From: Hypanus sabinus
Lineage: Eukaryota
Assembly: GCF_030144855.1 (NCBI RefSeq)
Contig: NC_082710.1
Coordinates: 121,148,001-121,212,000 of the forward strand
DNA length: 64,000 bases
Reading direction: 5' to 3'
Positions 1 to 13,484 of this stretch are shown here, one piece after another. Position 1 is the first letter of the stretch; each line of letters starts with the position of its first letter. Made by a program: the position numbers and the translations under genes. The notes below the pieces were generated by a model, which was not told where the DNA came from, searched no databases, and worked only from the letters and a program-made list of their open reading frames with translations.

Positions 1-234
1 CAATGAAAATGAGACGAGGAAAGTTTTCTGTGCATGAAATATGAAATAAACTGGCGATGTATGGTGGACAATGCATCTTGTGTGCATGGGTCTGCTATTA
101 CAAATTTATATTGTACAAAAACCCAAGTTATTGTGTGTAATCAAAATGCTTTGCAGAATTTACATAAGTAAGGACATTTTCTCTGATCGTTCTGTGAACA
201 AAGAAAGGAGGGTTGGATACTGTGAACACGACTC

Positions 235-590
235 AGCATATTATGGAGACCAGCCTCCCCTCCATGGACTTTGCCAATGTTTCTCTCTGCTTTTTTGAAG
301 CTGGCAGCATATCAAAGATCCAGCCTATCACGGATGTTTTCTCTTCTCTCCTCTCACAGCAAGAAGGAAGGTACGAAGTCTGAAAGTACATGCCACCAGA
401 CTCAAGGCTGCTAGACAACATCTGAACAGCTCCTTAGTCTGAAAAGGATGGACTCCTGACCTCACACATTGTATTTTCCCTTATACTACCTCAGTGCACT
501 GCTGTAATGAATTGATCTGCATGGACAAAATGCAAGACATGTTTTTCAGTGTACCCCAATACATGTGAAAATAATGAATCAATTTACTAT
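235..590 (+). mobile_element. Rex1/Babar LINE 3' fragment (decayed)
   Basis: 'gaagctggcagcatatcaaagatcc...ggaaggtacgaagtctgaaagtacatgccaccagactcaag' matches the Rex/Babar C-terminal motif (KAASIIKDP..LPSGRRYRSL..RTTRL), followed by a 3' UTR-like tail. Confidence 0.6.
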
Positions 591-1289
591 CATGATTCAC
601 AAGTTCTACTGGAGGGTAGGAGTGAGAGGGGCTGGTCAAGGAGAAGTGAGACCAGGGGTAGAGTGAGTGATGGTAGGGGACTGTGATGAATCAAAAAAAT
701 TAGAGAAAGTTAGTAGCATAGAGGTGGAGGACCAAAAAGGTTTTGTAGGTTGGGATGTTGATTCTGAGAGCTCAAAATGCACCAGTGGATAAAAATGGGA
801 TGAAGCACCTGAAGGAAGCAAAGGCAACTGAATCGAAAAACATCTAACTATTGATGGTTCCAAAAACAGAGCTCAGTGGGTTTAGAGCTTAACCCCTGAA
901 GATGACGTCAAGCAGGTCTCATATTTACAATGAAGTTCTGTTCTGACAAATGGCTGCTGCTTTGCTCAGTGTAGAACGTACAACTGAATTTATTAGTGCA
1001 CTATAAGATGTAGCATAGTGTTTATAATTGTTAGTTTTTCTTATCCAACCCTGCAGAGGTCATGGTGCTTTTGGGATTTTATGTCATTGTTTTGCGAATT
1101 AGTAGATACCATTTTGGCTAAGTTCCTTAAAGGCTGTGTTTACAGATACCTGTTCTTAACAGATTAAGAAAAATAAAGAAGTAATATCCCAAAGGACAAA
1201 ATTCAGCCTTTATGTTTACGTATGTTCAGATACAATGCAAGCCTTCAGATCCTGAACACAGTTTCATGGATATGACTTGCCACTTCCAA

Positions 1290-1465
1290 AAGAGTTGTAT
1301 TTTCCTTGCCCTTTTTGCACTACTTATTCAGTTTGTTTTTATATATACTTCTTATTGTAATTTGTTGTTTATATTACTATGTATCACAATGTACTGTTGC
1401 CGCAAAATAACAAATTTCACGGCATATGCCAGGAATATTAAACCAAATTCTGATTCAGATTCTGT
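1290..1465 (+). mobile_element. Rex1/Babar 3' UTR/tail
   Basis: 'acaaatttcacggcatatgccaggaatattaaaccaaattctgattcagattctg' ends in (TCTGAT)n, the same tail as the copy at 17.5-17.9 kb. Confidence 0.6.
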
Positions 1466-1634
1466 ATGTGAGTCACCAGGATATTTTCTCCACCAAGCAC
1501 ATAATCACTACTCTCCAGCAGACCTGCTGTGTTTTCTTCCATGTTTCCTCCTGCAGGTATGCCTCATCTCTAAGAAATAATCAGGATATTGTTGTGGTTC
1601 TTGTCGCCTTTCCAAAGAAAGTCTGTCATTAATC

Positions 1635-1800
1635 TGGAAAGAGCATGGCAAAGATTCATGGGAGTGTTACTGGAACTGGAAGGCTCAAATTGGAGAGTCT
1701 TGATAGGCTGGGACTTTTTGGAACATTGAAGACATGGAAGTGACTGCGTAAAAGAAGTAAAACTGTGAGTTATAATAGGGGTGTCTAACAATAGAGAGAA
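1635..1800 (+). mobile_element. CR1 ORF2 fragment, highly decayed
   Basis: 'caaagattcatgggagtgttactggaactggaagg...gataggctgggactttt' resembles the QRRFTRMLPGL..LDRLGLF region seen in other CR1 copies here. Confidence 0.5.
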
Positions 1801-2119
1801 GAAGAGAAATATGAGAACCTGCCTCTCATGGGTCAAAGATTATTTTATCAATGGGTTTGTTCTTCCCAGATCCCATCCTCTGTCCTAGAAATAAACATTA
1901 TCATTCCCTGCTGAAGAAACTTACCTGTTCTTTGTCATTATAAACATTCCAGATTATAAGTTCTTCATGCAACCTTTTCAACTTTTTGATTAGTAAATGC
2001 ATAAAATCTGCTGTCTGCAGATCTCAGAATTTCAAACAGGTCCCAAGGTAGTTTAGCGAGACGTTTGTAGTCGGAGACCATTAGGTTTGCATGGTGATGC
2101 CAAACTGCGTTTTGTTTAG

Positions 2120-2350
2120 TCATAGAGTCACAGAAAAGTACAGCACAGAGACAGGCCCTTTGGCCCATCCAGTCCATGCCAAATCATTTAATCTGCTCAC
2201 TTCCATTGACCTGCAGCTCCAGGTCTCTATCATTCATATACCTATCCTAAATTCTCATAAACATTGAAATCAAGCTCGCATGCATGACTTGCACAGGCAG
2301 CCTTTTCCATACTCTCATGAACTTTTGAATGAAGAACTTTCCCCTTATGT
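2120..2350 (-). mobile_element. CR1 3' end
   Basis: 'catagagtcacagaaaagtacagcacagagacaggccctttggccc' is the reverse complement of the CR1 terminal hairpin plus 8-bp tail repeats. Confidence 0.65.
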
Positions 2351-4124
2351 TTTGATATTACTTATGTACAATTCACTTGTACATTTAAGACCTACTAAAA
2401 CTGTAGCATAACTGACACTTTTCGTCTCTCACATTATAAAATATTGGTATCAGAGCTACAAAATGGACACATGGACTGCAAAGTATAACTTTCACATACC
2501 TTTTTCAGTATTCTCATAACTTTGTTACATTCTGTAAACATCCTTAACTTTCTGGCGCAAAGAAGATGTCTTTCGTTTTGTAATTCAGGTTATTTTTCAA
2601 TATTGGCCATACATTACACAAATAAACCAACGCTGATAATAACTCCCAGGTTTTATTTGCACGCTGGCTTGGAAGTCCTGCCAAAAGAGTGTGGAACCTA
2701 ATGGACAAAAATTTAATCTGATGGATCAGTGGGGGTGGATGTTGAAGATAGGCTGCCCTGTGAATTCATCTAAGTTGACCCTTATCACTATAAATATTGA
2801 TTAAATTCCTGGAGTGCTGTTGTCAGAAATGCACTTGTAGGAAATAAATGTGTAGGGAGAAAGCCTGGAGCACATAAAGCAAAATAAAAATGACAGACTT
2901 CCTGTGGCCTAATTCTTCACTGTCACTACCTTCTGGTGATGAGTTTGAGAGCAGACAGTCTGTTGTAGGGCATGCAATTAAAAAGCCATCTGCATTTGGA
3001 TGGTGCCATCTGGTCAGTCAATTCCCCTGAACAGGTAACGTTCTATGATTGAATTTGGACAAAGGTGACTATACTTTAAAAATAAGGTGCCTTGGATGGA
3101 ACACTACTTAAAGATGACAGAATTCCTTTCTTTTGGTGGACAGAATCACATCATAAATGCAACTCAAATTCCTCTATCGTCTTATTTCTTCCTGTTTCGT
3201 CCACTGTCTCTGAATAACATGCTTGCTGTTCCAATCCTCACACCTTCAACACACTTTTGCAGACCTACTCAGCTAGCTACACTACCCACCCTACATTTAA
3301 TTTTTTCAGCTTACTTCATGGACTAACATAGGGGATAGTTCAGTTCATTGATTCCATACCAGGTCCCAGCAAAGTAGTCCTGTTCCTTCTCTTATTTCCC
3401 TGTTCCCTGGCAACTCATTCAGTCCCACAATGTCAGTAAAGCCCTTTTGGTATTTTGCCAATTATGTTCAGGAATGGCCAGTCCACAATAGCCAATTTAT
3501 TAATGAACCATTATTGGGATATAGACAGAAACCCAAGAGGCCACAGAGAGAATCTGAAGGCAGAATTCAACCAAGGAGCCTTGCAGAGTGAACTGCTGCA
3601 TCTCTGTGCCATCTAGAGTTGCCAATTATCTATTGCCTCCATTTCTGCACATGGTTAACTCCATTCCTTATATTACGACTCTCCTTATAAAGTCATTAAT
3701 GAACAAGGATTCTGTGACAACTATATGTTTTGCTTATGCACGATTTTCCATTAAAGCAAAGTGCTCTTGATATATAATTGGTTGTTCTTTTGCATTTAAA
3801 TGACAAACTTTTGCTATGGCCATTTGAGATTACAGAATCACATACTCACTTTACATCATTTTGCAGTGGAACATATGGTTCAGCATGGTGAATACTACTT
3901 AATAAATGAGTCTACAGACATGAAACTATCTAACACAATGAGTGTTCTACTGGAAGTATACTGGATAGAAATTCATTCTCTGCTAAACAAATATACTTGT
4001 TGAAATTGACTCTGGGAGTTTGCATCCAGTGAATTTACGGAAACAAATTTCTGAAACAAGTTGTAAAGTACTTACTTTGACTCGGGCTTCTTCTCTAAGA
4101 TCACAAGTGATTTATTTCTTTTGC

Positions 4125-5396
4125 AGGCGTATGGGAGTTGTCTAAAGACCAGTTGATCAGAGTTCAAGACTGGCATATTTCAGTAAAAAGGAAGCACAAG
4201 GGTGGTAGGGGAAAGGGAACTTGGGTGATGAAAGAGATATGAATTCAGTTTAAAGAAAAAGGAAGCACATGTACAATAAATCAGACACGGATCTTGAGGA
4301 ATATAATGAAAGCAGTAATGAACTCAAGCAGGTAGCTAGGAAGGACAAAAGAGACCTTAACAAACAGTATTAAAGAGAGTCCAAATGCATTTTATAATTA
4401 GATTGAAAAAAAGGTTCATCAGGGCAGGCCCACTCAAGGATAAAGGAAGGTGTTAGTTGATGTGGGGGAAGCCCTCAATACATACTCTGTGTCTGTATTC
4501 ATCAAGGAGAAGGACATGGAAGTAGTGAGATTCATGAGGGACATTTTGAGAAGAGGATGGAGGCGATGCTGGGATATTTAAAGAGCATCATAAAGGATGC
4601 CTGCAGATCCTGATGGGATGTGTTCAAAGTTACTGAAAGAGGCAAGCGAGGAGTTTGCAAAAGGCCTTGATAAAGAGTAGCCAATTTTGTTCCTATGTTC
4701 ATGAAGGTAAATACAGGAAATAATCATTTATTTAGCTTCACATCAGTGGTAGGAAAGTCACTGGGGAGGTTTCTGAGGGATAGAATTGATCTACATTTGG
4801 AAATAAATAGCCTGGTTAAAGTCAGTCAGCACGGCCTTGTGCAGGGTAGGTAATACCTTAGAAACTTAATTGAATTTTTTAAGGAAGTGAAAAAGCGATT
4901 GATGAGGGTAGGACAATGGATGCTGTCTATCTGGATATCAGTAGTATATTTGACATTTTGACAAGGTTCTTCATGATAGCGTAATCCAGAAGGCTAAGAT
5001 GCATGGTATCCATTGTGATTTTGTACACTGGATGCAAAATTAACATGCACATATAAAACAGAGAGCAGTGGCAAAGGGATGTCAGGCCATGACCATTGGT
5101 ATACCACAGTGATAGGTAGTGAGGCCTTTGTGGAATGTGATATACAAGTACGTTTGTGATATGTATTAACAACTTAATGCAAATATAGATGGGTGGATTG
5201 GAAGTTTGTGGATGACATATAAGTTGGTCATGGTGTTGAAAAGATAGAGGACTGTCAAAGGATACACTAGGATATTGATCAATTACACATGGGGTGAAGA
5301 ATTGGCAAATGCAGTTTAATCCAAGCAAGGGCGAAATGTTGCAATTTGAGACATCAAGGATAAAATACACAGTTACTGGCAGGAAGGACCCTTAGT
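4125..5396 (+). mobile_element. CR1 LINE ORF2 fragment (linker + RT), interrupted by a solo LTR
   Basis: Decayed CR1 RT motifs (gtcagcacggccttgtgcagggtagg; gatgagggtaggacaatggatgctgtctatctggat; aagtttgtggatgaca = KFxDDT). Appears to resume briefly after the LTR at 6171. Confidence 0.8.
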
Positions 5397-6170
5397 TGTT
5401 ACGCCTGTGCCCCCTTTTTTGAGAATCACAAGATCGCTATTAAGTCAGGTCAGGAGACCCCGGAAATGAGAGAGAGACATTTGGAATGTCCTGGCCCTCA
5501 GGGATACAAAGCCACGGAACAGGTCATTGTCTCTTGGAGACGGAATTGTGTATTGAATACTGTGCTTCGTGGAAGCGCTCAGGCAATGTGGGCTGGTTGG
5601 GGGTTGGCATCATTCCACCTTGATTGACATTTGAGACCCCATGATTGGGGATAAAAGAGGGTCTGGGGAACGGCCCCTTCAGACATGCACCAGGAGAAGT
5701 GCAAGAAGTCCCGTGACAGCATTTAACAGCGACAGCTGGTGGAGGGCCCACGTGTGTCCTTTCCCATTGCCCTGGGATTGAGGCCCTACCATGGAAGGCG
5801 GCTTAGCTAAGGAAGAGATCACCACCGACACCATTTCGAAAGATCCACATCATAAAACAGAAACTGGGTAAGTTCTAAACCTCCATCTCTCTCTCCAACC
5901 AAAAGCTGCAGCTTGAATGAACTAAAGTGACTTTTATATTTCCATCGGACAATACATTATCCCCTAGACACCGATAGAGCTATTTCTTATTGATTATTAT
6001 TATACCCGCACTTTTAGATTTAGTATTGACGACATATGTTATCTCTATGTTTGCATTGATATTATTTTTGTGTATTTTTATCAATAAATACTGTTAAAAA
6101 TAGTACCATCAGACTTCAACGGACCTCTCTATCTTTGCTGGTAAGTGACCCAGTTACGGGGTACGTAGCA
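5397..6170 (+). mobile_element. Solo LTR (774 bp) with 4-bp TSD TAGT
   Basis: Termini TGTTACG...CGTAGCA; TAGT at 5393-5396 and 6171-6174; TATA-like GATAAAAG ~5650; AATAAA 6083-6088; sits inside a CR1. Confidence 0.85.
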
Positions 6171-7824
6171 TAGTGCACTGATGTCACAGTTCCCCGAAAG
6201 ACACAAGTTCTTTGTATATTCCCAATGTACGTCCCTGAGGTTCTTTTGAGCGTCCCTTCTCCTTTTAGAGCAGTCATTGGACAGAGATTACCAAGGAATC
6301 ATTAGGAGTGTTTTATTTCACAATGGAGGATCTGGGAATATCCACAAATCTTCTCCTCTTCCACCAAATAATTCCTTCCCATGATTAAGCTAAGAAAAGT
6401 GTGTTTTTGGGAGTCCAACATCAAGATTATGAATAATATTGCATGCCTAAAGTAGCTGATGGAATAAATCTAAGGTCTTGTTACTGGAAATGTTGGCCCA
6501 GGAGAGAACTATGACATTGGTTTGCTTGTCTTTCACTGATTTGAGAGGACCTTGCATCATAACAGAAGCTAAAATATGCAACAAGTATGCAAAACTTTGA
6601 GTTCAAAGGTGTTTTAATTCTCTGAAGATTTAATCTCATACTGTCATGGGAAGTATGCCTCATGAAATTTTATATGACCCATACAAAATCAATTAAAAAA
6701 CCATAACAAATGTCACTACCTTTAATATGACCACATGGTATTTCTATTTTATATCAGAAGCATGCAACATGCTTGGTAATTGAGGGGAGCTGAGCAGTGA
6801 AGCCTAAAAATTGGTCAGCGATCCCTGCTAGGAAGTACACATCTGTGGTTGTTAAGGGACATGACTGACTCACTTGTCATGCACACTGCCTGCCAAATAT
6901 TGACCGGCCAATTTCACACAGCGGTCATTTACATAAAGCTTCCAATATATGCAGGCCACACCACAAGGAAATGAACATTCTGGAGAGTAAAGTCTAACCT
7001 CAGGAAAACTCATGATTGAAATATTCGGCAAAAGTGAAACATTTTTGAATTATGTCTCTATTAAACTATCATTTTAATTACTTTGTACAATCATTAAGAA
7101 ACTAGGCTGATAGTAAATAAATACAGAACCCAAACCACTATAACATAAAATTACCATTCAGAAACAATAAATATGTTTCATGAGAGTTATAGAGGTTATT
7201 GTATTTTCAGATTGGAAAATACAATATCAACATGTTGACTTTCCTGTTATCGCCTCTCTTGGATGTTTAGTCCTCAATAATAGTCAATGTCCAAAGTCAA
7301 TCACAATGGATTTGTTATTTTTGTTTACTTATTGCAGAGAACTTTGCAAACAAAGTTAATTAACTCCTTTGTTAACTCTGTCCAGCTTTAATACAATGGC
7401 TACAAGGGTAATGTTCCTACATGATCTTACAGTGTCCCAGCCTACTGGCAGATCCATGACATGTGTGATGTGAAATTCAGATCTCATTGTGATCCCTAGT
7501 CTCATCACAGTATATCAGATGTAGACGATTGTGTTAGAGGCCAGGTAAAGTTTTGACTTCGGCAAAAGCCAATGTAAATTAATTAGTAGGAGGCAATTCC
7601 TGCCAGTCTACTTATGAGCTTTCCACAGAGGTATCATCAGACTTGATGTAAAGGTTATATTGGGCAGGTGTTGATTTTCTGTTGTCAGGTTGCTGTGACA
7701 TCAGAAGCAATAGAAGATCACAACTTTTCTCTCTGAATGACTGCCTCATCAATTTTTTCAAAACTGTGATCTTAGAGCCATAGAGTCACAGAATCACACA
7801 GCAGAGAAAGGGAGCTTTTATTAC

Positions 7825-7870
7825 ACAGCAACACACACAAAATGCTGGAGGAACTCAGCAGGCCAGGATG
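7825..7870 (-). mobile_element. Penelope-like element terminal fragment
   Basis: 'acacacacaaaatgctggaggaactcagcaggccagg' is the reverse complement of the terminal segment at 30640-30690. Confidence 0.55.
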
Positions 7871-8209
7871 TCACACTATGTCCATGTTGAACATCAAATT
7901 GACAGTTTATTGTCAATTTAAATCTTAAGTTCCATACGGTGGTATAAAATTGTAAAGGGTAATTACATTCCAGGTAGTTTATTTTAAATTTTTGCTTCAT
8001 ATGATCATTGTGCATTTTGCTTTTGTCAATAAATGTGCCAATTTATTATTTTTCATGCTTGAATTCCCTTCAACTGATTGCCTCCTCTTCATTTTTTGCA
8101 GTGTAAATTAGTGTAAGTTGACATTGAGGAACAGAAGGTAGCATACTGTATGTAATGACATCTGTTATATCATTGCAACAGATGATACAGTTAATATAAC
8201 ATTTATTCT

Positions 8210-8430
8210 TTCAACAGAGGAGTGGGATAGTGTGCAACAGTTAGAGCCCCACAGCTCCTGGGACTTGGGATTGATACAGACTTCAGATGCAAATTGTGGA
8301 GCTTGCACAGATTCTCCACAACTGTGTGTGTGTTTTCTTGGTGTTTCAGTTTCCTTCCGCATCCTAAAGTCATAAGGGTAGATGAGTTGATTACTGGGGA
8401 GCTGATGGACATGTGTGAGAGAGAATATTG
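8210..8430 (+). mobile_element. V-SINE/HE1-like tRNA-derived SINE (old)
   Basis: tRNA-like head, then V-domain-like 'gtggagcttgcacagattctcc...ggtgtttcagtttccttccgcatcctaaag'. Confidence 0.55.
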
Positions 8431-8435
8431 CAAAG

Positions 8436-9262
8436 TTGAAAGTTCAAAGTAAATTTTATTATCAAAGTACATGTACGTCACCATATACAACCCTGAGATT
8501 CTTTTTCGTGTGGGCATACTCAATAAGTTTAATTCTTACTTTTCTAAGTTATTGTGTGTTATGTGTACTACTGTGCTTTACATCCTAGTCTGAAGACTCA
8601 TTGTCTCATTTGATGGTAGACATGTATGTTGTTAAATGACAATAAACTTGAAAACTCAAAAATCTATAAAACAATAACCATAATAGAATTAATGAAAGAG
8701 CAACCAACTCAGATGTTCAACTAGAGTGTGGAAGACTACAAACTATGCAATTACAAGAAGAAGAAATAATATAATGAATAAATAAATGAGCAATAAATAT
8801 CGAGAACATGAGATGAAAATGAAGAGTCCTTGAAAGTGTGTCCATTGGCTGTGGGAAGATTTCAATGATGAGATAAGTAAAGTTGTATGAAGTTATCCAC
8901 TTTGGTTCAACAGCCTGGTGAGGGGCAGTAACTCTTCCTGACCCTGGTTGTATGAGTATTGAGGCACTTGTACCTTCTTACTGATGGCAGCAGCTGGAAG
9001 AGAGCATGTCTTGCATGGTCAGGATCTCTGATAATGGATGCCTCTTTTCTGTGACAGTATTTCATGTAGATGTGAATGGTTGAGAGGGCTTTACCTGTGA
9101 GGGACTGGGCCATATTCTCCTACTTTATGTAGGATATTCCATTCAAGGGCATTATTGTTTGCACACCACATTAATGCAGTCAGTCAATATACTCTCTACT
9201 ACACATCTATAGAAGTCTGTCAAAGTTTGAGATGTCATGCCGAATCTTTGCAAGCTGCAGGG
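8436..9262 (-). mobile_element. Rex1/Babar LINE 3' part
   Basis: ORF 8907..9113 EASIIRDPDHARHALFQLLPSVRRYKCLNTHTTR; tail 'aaagttgaaagttcaaagtaaattttattatcaaagtacat'; an opposite-strand LINE tail is inserted at ~8530-8655. Confidence 0.75.
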
Positions 9263-9686
9263 AAATAAGGAAAGGATCTAGTGGGATTGTAATACTGAGA
9301 ACCAGAAGACACTCAGTGGACCAAATGGGTCCATTCAATTTGTTAGTATTTGACCTTCCTTCAGTAGCTAGTCCTCAATTGTTTGCATTTACAAGACTGC
9401 AAATAATGGAATCCTTTCAGGTCTACTGAAATAAAGTCTCCCACTGCAGCACAGGAGAGGTCATTGAAGTTCTAGATAGTTGTAATTGCCATAGAAATTC
9501 ATCATTGAGCATGAAGATGCAGAAGAGAACTAAACTACTGAAATGGAGCACAACAGGTATCCAGTGTTGTTTTACCAGAAATAATCTCTCAAAATGCCCA
9601 AAGGGAACAATTAGGGGAAGAATGAAATTGGACATTTCCATTCCCAACCTAATTCCTTGATGCAATTCTAACAGACTTTAAGCGTA

Positions 9687-10790
9687 GATAGAACATAAAG
9701 CATAGAAACAGCATAGCTCAGTACAGGTGGTCCTGCAGCACGTGTTTGTGCTGAATCTTTAAATATTCCATTTCCAAGACCAATCTAGCTATCTCCTCCA
9801 TTTCTTGCATTCATGTGTCATCTAAGAGTCCTGTAAATGTCTATTAAGTATCTGCCTCTATCACCATCCCTGTACTAAGTTCCATACATTTATCGTTATC
9901 TATGTAAAAAATCTACCTCTGACCTCCACCACTGTCCCCCAATGCTTTCCTCCAATCACTTTAAATGCATGCCTTTTTGTATTAGCCACTGCCACTTTGA
10001 CAATAAGACAGTTATCTGTTCTGTGTTTTCCCCTCTTATGCATCTCTAACAAGATTCCCCTCATCCTCATTCACACCAAACAGGAAAGCCCTAGCTCACT
10101 CAACCTATCCCCATTAGACATGTTCTCTAATCCACAGCATCCAGATAAATCTCTTCTGCACCATCTTTAAAGGTTCCACATCCTTCCTAATATGAGGAGA
10201 CCAGAACTAGAATAATACTAAAATGAGTTGACTAAGCAGAGCTTTACAGAGCACCAACATTATCCTGCAACTCACGAATTCAGTTCGATGACTAATGAAG
10301 GCCAAGTTGCCACACACCTTTTTAACCACCTTATCAACTTATGTGTCAATTTTGAGGGAGTTATGGATGTGCTCCAGGATCCCTTTGTTCCTTCACAATG
10401 CCAGGAATTCAGCCAGTGAAGTTGTACTCTGCCTTCAAATCCAATCTCCATTTTTTTTTTTTTCGATTGAACTACATCTGCCACTTCTTAGCCAAATTCT
10501 GCATCCTTTCAATGACACATTGCTACTCACGACAACCTTCTACACTATCCAACACCACCACCAACCTTCATGTCATTTGCAGACTTAATTACCCACCCTC
10601 CCATGTCCTCATCTATCATTTATAAAAATCACAAACAGTAGCAGTCCCAGAACGGATCCCCATGGAATATGACCAGTCACAGGCCCCTCAGCGAAGTATG
10701 CTCCATTCACTACCATCCTCTTCCTTCTGTAGGCAAGCCAATTCCAAATCCACAGCCAGGTTTCCTTGGATCACTTGCCTCCAAATTTAC
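9687..10790 (-). mobile_element. CR1 LINE 3' half
   Basis: Reverse tail 'atagaacataaagcatagaaacagcatag'; reverse RT motifs (tcatttgcagactt = KSAND; cccagaacggatccccatgg = PWGSVLG). Confidence 0.8.
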
Positions 10791-11424
10791 TAAATAAGTT
10801 TTCCTCCCTCTTTCAGACAATTGGTTTGTTTTTACTATGTAATTGAGCACATTCAGCTTTAATTTTGAAACGAGCAGTTTCCGATCAGTATTAAATCACT
10901 TCCTATGCAGTCAGGGAGTAGTGAGTAGGAAAGCACATTGGTCAGCAGAGGCCAGACGTTTATGTTAGGAGTGAAAGAAGTTTCTATCTGAAGCCATTTG
11001 ATTGTTTCCCCAACCCCCACAAGAGGCATTGCTTGTAATTTGATATTATATTGTTTAGAAGTTAATCTAAAAGTATCAGTAAGATTTTGCTGAAATAGAA
11101 TGTTGTTTTTTGAGTTTACTGGACACTAACCTAGATGCTAATGTTTTACAAATGACTTACCTGTTGTATTTACTTATCAATCCTTATATTATTTACCTGC
11201 AGAAAACCCAAGTCCATACTTATCTGAATATATTCACCTGTGTGAATTAAACAAAGTGGCAATGTTTCTGTATTCTGTAGTTTTTCAGCTTCACTCTTTA
11301 TTCACTATGTCATGCCATTGAGCTTGCAATAAAACCAAGGAGCTAGGAGACTATACCCTGACTTTCATATTATTTTGAATGGAGTTTGTCTAGTTGATAT
11401 TGCAACACCTAAGTGAGGAGAGTG

Positions 11425-11650
11425 CAAGCTTTCCATGGGGGACTCTGTTGAGTGCCTTACCAAAGCAAATATACACCACATACTCTGCTCTACCTTCATC
11501 AATTTGTCTTGTCACTTCCTGAAAAAAGACTATCAGGCTCGTAAGACATCAATCTGTCCCTTAAGAACCCATGCTGACTATCCCTAATCAGACAATGCTC
11601 CTCTAAATGCTTTTAAAAACCCTCTTTCTAAGAATCCTCTCCAATAGATA
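11425..11650 (-). mobile_element. CR1 RT fragment
   Basis: 'tctaccttcatcaatttgtcttgtcacttcctgaaaaa' is the reverse of EEVTxxIDEGRA. Confidence 0.6.
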
Positions 11651-11881
11651 TGAATAGTAAAAGCTTTTTTTTAAATAAGAAAAATACCTATAAAAAATTT
11701 CCCAATACCCCAAATATATTCAAACTGAGGTTCTATATCCTTCTCCAGATTGTATTTTTTCTGCTGTCAGACAATGCCAATGATTCTAAGCATTTTTTCT
11801 ATAATGCTGATATCACCACCTGCTTTTTCACTCGAAATACTTACACTTACTATGAGTTTCCCTTTTCCACTTACTAACTAT

Positions 11882-12296
11882 TGTCAGGAGCTCTGTGGCT
11901 TGCTGTAGAGCTTGAGGCTCCTGGGTTTCTTGAGCACCTGGATGTACCAATTGTTCAAGCCATTAAACCAATTTGCTTTTAGTTTGGTCTCATCGGGTTG
12001 ATTGTGACCAGCACATATTTCCCACATTTGATGCTTATTTAAAGGTGGTTCCCATTGTGCTCTGTCAGCAGAATTCTACTGTGTGTTTGGGAGAACAATT
12101 TCTCATGTGGTGTCACTCAGTCATGCCTCTGGTGCTCTCTTGGCATTGCTACGTCTAACCTCTTGTTTCTATATCTTCATGGGGATTCTACCATTTATCC
12201 ACAGCTAGGACGACTTGATGCCAATGCCCATCATGACAGGACGAGTCTGCCGTCCCTCCGCATCTGGGTCCAATCCTGCCAGTGCTTACCGTGACA
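11882..12296. mobile_element. Solo LTR (415 bp, Gypsy-like) with 5-bp TSD ACTAT
   Basis: Termini TGTCAGG...CCGTGACA; ACTAT at 11877-11881 and 12297-12301. Confidence 0.75.
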
Positions 12297-13030
12297 ACTA
12301 TCACGTGATATTCTTATACGTTAGAGTGCTCTTGTGATCTACTGTCCTCATTGTGTTCCTGGAAATCTGACACAATATTTTTATATGTTTTCAAAAACAA
12401 GATTTACTTCTACCAAAAAGAATTGTGTCTATTAAATCGTAATAGTTCCAGCTGATATTAATTGAGAACCACTCATACCTTTTTCTTGTTAATACAATTT
12501 ACAGCAGGAGATGGAAAAGACAGGTGAAAAGGGAAATGTTATGATGCAGCAGGGGATTTCAATATGCAGGTAGACTGGGAAAGTTATGGTTGTGCTGGAT
12601 CACACAAGAAGGGAATTTTAGAAGCCTACAAGATGGCTTCTTAGAGCAATTTGTAGTCAAGCACCATGGACAAGTCAATTCTGGATTGGGTGTTGTGAAA
12701 TTTTCCAGATTTGATTAGGTAGGATAAGATAAAAAAAATCCCTTAAGAGGCAGAAACTATAAAATTATAAAATTCACTTTGCAGTTTGAGGAGGAGAAGC
12801 TCAAATCAGATGGACAATTGTTACAATTGAGTCAAGGTAACTACAGAGGCACAGAACAGGAGAGGAGCTGGCCAAAGCTACTCTCCCAGTTAAAGGCAAC
12901 AACAGTAGAACAGCAATATCTGGAGTTTCTGGGAGAAATTCAGAACTCGCATGAACTGTTCCTTCCTGAGGACAGATGAAAAATGAAGATAAGCTAGTCA
13001 AATATAAAAGAAAATACTGAAGTTTTTTCT

Positions 13031-13052
13031 TATATATATATATATATATATA
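13031..13052. repeat. (TA)11 microsatellite
   Basis: Read directly; lies inside the CR1. Confidence 0.9.
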
Positions 13053-13484
13053 ATGGGTAAAAGAGAGGCAAGAGTGGATGTCAGACACTCCAAAATGACA
13101 CTAGAGAGGGAGTAATGGGAAACAAGAAACAGCAGGCATACTGAATAAATATTTTCCTTCAGTCTTCATTATGGAAGACATCAAAATCTTGCCAGAAATT
13201 TCAGACAGTGAGGGTGGTGAGGGAGTGTTGTCACCGTTACTAAGAAGAAAGTGTTTGGGAAGCTGAAAGGTCAGGAGGTAACAAGTCCAGGAGGTAACAT
13301 CCCAGGATTCTGAAGGAGATTGTGGCAGCAGTAGTAGAGATCTTTTGTGAATCATTAGATTCTGAAATGGTTTTTGTGGACAGAAAAATTGCTAATGTCA
13401 TACAACCTTTCAAGAAGGGAGAGTGAACAACAGACCAGAAACTTTGGGCCAGTTAGCTTCAATATAATGCTTAAAAAAAGACTA

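Noticed and set aside
5524-5751. Pro/Gly-rich 75-aa ORF
   Set aside because: Antisense reading of the solo LTR; no homology clue.
6780-6960. Possible ancient SINE-like fragment ('cagcgatccctgctaggaagt')
   Set aside because: Similarity too weak to assign by eye.
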